Shown here: one piece after another, positions 61,106 to 64,000 of the stretch
Layout of the letters: each line of letters starts with the position of its first letter
Position numbering within the stretch: position 1 is the first letter of the stretch
Origin: Gammaproteobacteria bacterium
Lineage (GTDB): Bacteria > Pseudomonadota > Gammaproteobacteria > Ga0077536
Length of the DNA: 64,000 nt
Reading direction: 5' to 3'
NCBI GenBank assembly: GCA_965223085.1
Contig: OZ244981.1
Coordinates: forward strand, 182,747-246,746
Translations under genes and position numbers: made by a program
The notes under the pieces: model-generated
Databases searched by the model: none
What the model saw: the letters and a program-made list of their open reading frames with translations, nothing else
Told to the model about the DNA's origin: nothing

Positions 61106-63309
61106 ACCAACAACAAACAGTAAATGCAAGCATTGCGCCGCCGGTGGCCGGTGTTGACCCGATTACGGCGGAAGTGGTGCGTTGCGCGTTCGACAATATC
61201 GCCGACGAAATGGCAGTGGTTTTATTGCGCACATCCGGCTCGCCGGTACTCACAGAAGCTAAAGATTTTTCGGCTGTAGTATTCGATGCAAGCGGGCGCC
61301 AAATCGGGAGCGCCGGCTATGTGCTCGGCCATCTCGCAAGCTCACGCATTGCCGTTCAGGAAATAATTGAGAAACGTGTGCCTGAGGATCTTGAACCGGG
61401 CGACATTTTTGCGTGCAACGATCCGTATACGGTTGGCGCTCTGCATCAAGGTGACGTCGGGATCGTAATGCCGATTCACCATCAAGAAGCGCTCATTGGT
61501 TGGGCGTTTGCCAATGCGCATTTGATCGACGTCGGAGGCACTTCGATCAGCGGCATCGCACCGCAAGCGCATGATTGCTTCGAAGAAGCGATCCGTTTTC
61601 CCGGCAGTCGTATCGGACAGCGCGGCGTTCTGAATGTGGAATGGTTAGGTTTTATCGAGACCAATGTTCGAGTACCGGTATCTTTTATTAACGACGTTCG
61701 TAGCCTTGTCGCAGCGTGTTTGGCCGGGGCACGCGGAATGTGCGAACTCGTCGATGATTACGGCTTAGCGACGCTTCAGCGCTATGTAGATCACAACATT
61801 TTACTAACAGAAACAGCGTTCCGGGCCCGCATCGCAGAACTACCCACAGGGAGTGCGCGCACTTACGATTGGGTCGAGTACGACGGTCGTGGGAAATCTG
61901 ACTTGCATGCGGTTTTTTGCGACATGACGGTCACCAACGGGGAACTGCGATTTTCGTTTTCTGGCGCCCAACAGATCGATGCGTTCATCAATGCAACACC
62001 CAGCGCTGTCGCCGGCATCGGCGTCATTACACCGCTATTATGTCAACTTGCCCATGACATCCCTTTCAATGAAGGGATTTGGAATTGCATCACAATCGAT
62101 ACGGGTGCGGCAGGTACGGTCGTCAATCCACGGGTACCCGCACCCGTTACCAACGCGCACATGGAAACCGGCATGCGCATCGGGCGCATGGTCAGCGAGG
62201 CGCTATCCCTTAGCTGTAGCGCGAGTGATTCTCGCCTGCTGCGCAACCGCGCCGCCGGACAGATCGCCAGCAGTGGCGCGGGCGCCGCGTGGTTCGGCGT
62301 TAAAAATGATGGGCAACTGGCGATCATTTTTCCGCTCGATAATCTCGTTGCCATTGGCGGTGCTGCGCAAAGCTCTGGCGACGGTCAAGATCTCTATGGC
62401 TTTCAAACGACCTTGGCTGTGTCGTTCCCGGATGTGGAAGTTCATGAACTCGTCGATCCGTTTTATGTTTTGTGGCGCCGTTATTGCGTTAATTCTGGCG
62501 GCGCGGGCCGCCACCGCGGCGGCCTGGCCTTGGATCAAGCCTACGTGCTGTGGCAAGCCGATAATTTCAGCGGCTCAGGTTTCATCGCCTCGGTTGAACT
62601 TCCCGCACGTGGCTTCGCCGGCGCTTACCCCGGCGGCGCCTCACGCAGCGCCGTGCTGCGTAATTCCGACGTTGTAGCCAAACTTAAAAATGGTCAATCG
62701 GTCTCATCACCAGAAAAACTACGTGGCACACTCGAGGTATTACCGGCAAAAGTAAGCAACGTACCTCTTCGCGAGGGCGACGTGTACTGGGCGACGTCCG
62801 CGGGCAGCGGCGGACTCGGTGATCCTTTTCATCGCGCGCCGGCGCAGGTTGAGCGAGACTTAAACGACGGCAAGATCACACCCGCCGCAGCAGAAACGCT
62901 CTACGGCGCGGTCGTTACCAGGCACGATGGCCGCGCAAGCGTTGCCGCAGCAGCAAGCTGGGCACAACGGGATCGGCTACGCGCGGCACTAGTACCCACT
63001 AAGCGATATGCCTTGCAAGATGTTGCGTTCAAAAATGCTCACGACGGCGTTTTGCTTGCGGATGCGCGCTGGACTTGCGCACACTGTGAAGAAGACTTAG
63101 GCGGCATGGGAAAGAGCTGGAAGACTAGTATCATCCCGCACTACCGGGCACTCGGAGAGTTGTTCGAGCAGGCTGAAACCCAGATCCGAGTCCGCGAAGA
63201 AAACCCCGTGCTGCTCGCTGCACGGTACTGTCCCGCGTGCGCGAGCTGTTTGAGCGTAGATGTGGAACTAGAAAATGTCGAGCGCGTGCCCGCGGATTTT
63301 AACTTTTGA
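61102..63309 (+). CDS. Hydantoinase B / acetone-carboxylase alpha-like subunit with C-terminal Cys4 extension
   Basis: HyuB-family core to about residue 580. An extra ~150 aa follows, containing CAHCEE...CPACASC. 4-bp overlap with hyuA. Confidence 0.8.
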   Translation: MNQQQTVNASIAPPVAGVDPITAEVVRCAFDNIADEMAVVLLRTSGSPVLTEAKDFSAVVFDASGRQIGSAGYVLGHLASSRIAVQEIIEKRVPEDLEPGDIFACNDPYTVGALHQGDVGIVMPIHHQEALIGWAFANAHLIDVGGTSISGIAPQAHDCFEEAIRFPGSRIGQRGVLNVEWLGFIETNVRVPVSFINDVRSLVAACLAGARGMCELVDDYGLATLQRYVDHNILLTETAFRARIAELPTGSARTYDWVEYDGRGKSDLHAVFCDMTVTNGELRFSFSGAQQIDAFINATPSAVAGIGVITPLLCQLAHDIPFNEGIWNCITIDTGAAGTVVNPRVPAPVTNAHMETGMRIGRMVSEALSLSCSASDSRLLRNRAAGQIASSGAGAAWFGVKNDGQLAIIFPLDNLVAIGGAAQSSGDGQDLYGFQTTLAVSFPDVEVHELVDPFYVLWRRYCVNSGGAGRHRGGLALDQAYVLWQADNFSGSGFIASVELPARGFAGAYPGGASRSAVLRNSDVVAKLKNGQSVSSPEKLRGTLEVLPAKVSNVPLREGDVYWATSAGSGGLGDPFHRAPAQVERDLNDGKITPAAAETLYGAVVTRHDGRASVAAAASWAQRDRLRAALVPTKRYALQDVAFKNAHDGVLLADARWTCAHCEEDLGGMGKSWKTSIIPHYRALGELFEQAETQIRVREENPVLLAARYCPACASCLSVDVELENVERVPADFNF

Positions 63310-63315
63310 AACGAC

Positions 63316-63999
63316 TCATCCGCTCTCCATCGGCAAAGTGGGATCAGCAGCCCACTCCGTCATGGAACCGTCATAAACCGCGACGTTGTCGTAACCTAAA
63401 CGGGTCAAGGTCAACGCCGTGTTACAGGCGGCAATACCACCGCCGCAGTAGCAAATGATCTCGTGTTTATCGTTCACACCAACGTCGGTGTAAATTTTCT
63501 CAAGCGCAGCGTCATCGGCAAACAATTGCGTGTCCGGGTTAACAGTCACCATAAAAGGTACATTGACACTTGACGGGATGCGGCCGGCGCGCGCGTAGCG
63601 TTGTGGTGGGCGGCCAGCAAATTCATCTTCGTCTAGAGCATTAATCAAACAACTCCGACGCTCGCGGACTGCAACCTCGACACGCTCGCGCGCGGCGATC
63701 AACTCTGGTCGATAACTAGCGCGAAACGCGGCGTGTGGGTATTGCGGCGCCGCGGTCGACACGGGTCGGCCTTCTGCAAGCCACTGTGGCCAGCCACCAT
63801 CCAAGACCACCGCATTGTCGAAACCAAAAGTCCGTAGCATCCACCACATTCGCGCCGCCCACATGTTAAGCCGGCGGTCGTAGAGCACGACGGCATTACT
63901 ATTACCCACACCGATCTGTGACATTACGCGTGAAAACTGCGCCGCACTCGGTATACCGTACATATAGCGACCACCGTGCTGAGCGGATAAATCAGCCAA
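63316..63999 (-). CDS. Rhodanese-domain sulfurtransferase (3-mercaptopyruvate/thiosulfate sulfurtransferase-like). 5' end lies beyond the window
   Basis: CYCGGGIAAC active-site loop; two rhodanese modules. Confidence 0.75.
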   Translation of the reverse strand: MADLSAQHGGRYMYGIPSAAQFSRVMSQIGVGNSNAVVLYDRRLNMWAARMWWMLRTFGFDNAVVLDGGWPQWLAEGRPVSTAAPQYPHAAFRASYRPELIAARERVEVAVRERRSCLINALDEDEFAGRPPQRYARAGRIPSSVNVPFMVTVNPDTQLFADDAALEKIYTDVGVNDKHEIICYCGGGIAACNTALTLTRLGYDNVAVYDGSMTEWAADPTLPMESG

Positions 64000-64000
64000 A

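Overview
The window is a GC-rich (~60%) proteobacterial chromosomal segment. Its 5' end has Pseudomonas-like core synteny: rpsT, then proB-obg-rpmA-rplU on the minus strand, divergent from ispB. The rest is largely an oxidative/catabolic accessory region. The feature I rate most interesting is a UGSC-family selenoprotein gene at 4432..4959 (-) with an in-frame UGA at 4678..4680 followed by an fdhF-like bacterial SECIS hairpin. The ORF track misses it because it shows only the 93-aa N-terminal piece. Other notable features, in order along the window:
- An IS256-family element (6901..8224) with an 8-bp target-site duplication, splitting a long-form Y1/HUH transposase-like gene.
- A 13-copy perfect 11-bp tandem repeat at 8799..8986.
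- A homoprotocatechuate meta-cleavage operon (hpaE-D-F-H-I) capped by a cytochrome P450, flanked upstream by an SSS-family transporter and a divergent hpaG-like single-domain FAH gene.
- An oxygen-binding diiron protein (ODP-like, FprA-type metallo-beta-lactamase fold) translationally coupled to a 201-aa soluble MCP-like mini-receptor.
- A three-gene GATase1 / Tat small subunit / GMC flavoprotein dehydrogenase operon.
- A P450-ferredoxin-SDR-cupin-FAH-LLM cluster joined to a split, non-MCM-type B12 acyl-CoA mutase (large and small subunits) with a divergent MeaB G-protein chaperone.
- An RND tripartite efflux operon.
- A PQQ quinoprotein with an N-terminal c-type heme domain.
- An NnrS and tandem-EthD region, several LLM oxidoreductases, and a third P450.
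- A TonB-dependent receptor and a hydantoinase A/B pair whose B subunit carries a C-terminal Cys4 zinc-ribbon extension, which would fit an acetone-carboxylase-like enzyme.
No rRNA, tRNA or CRISPR array was seen.
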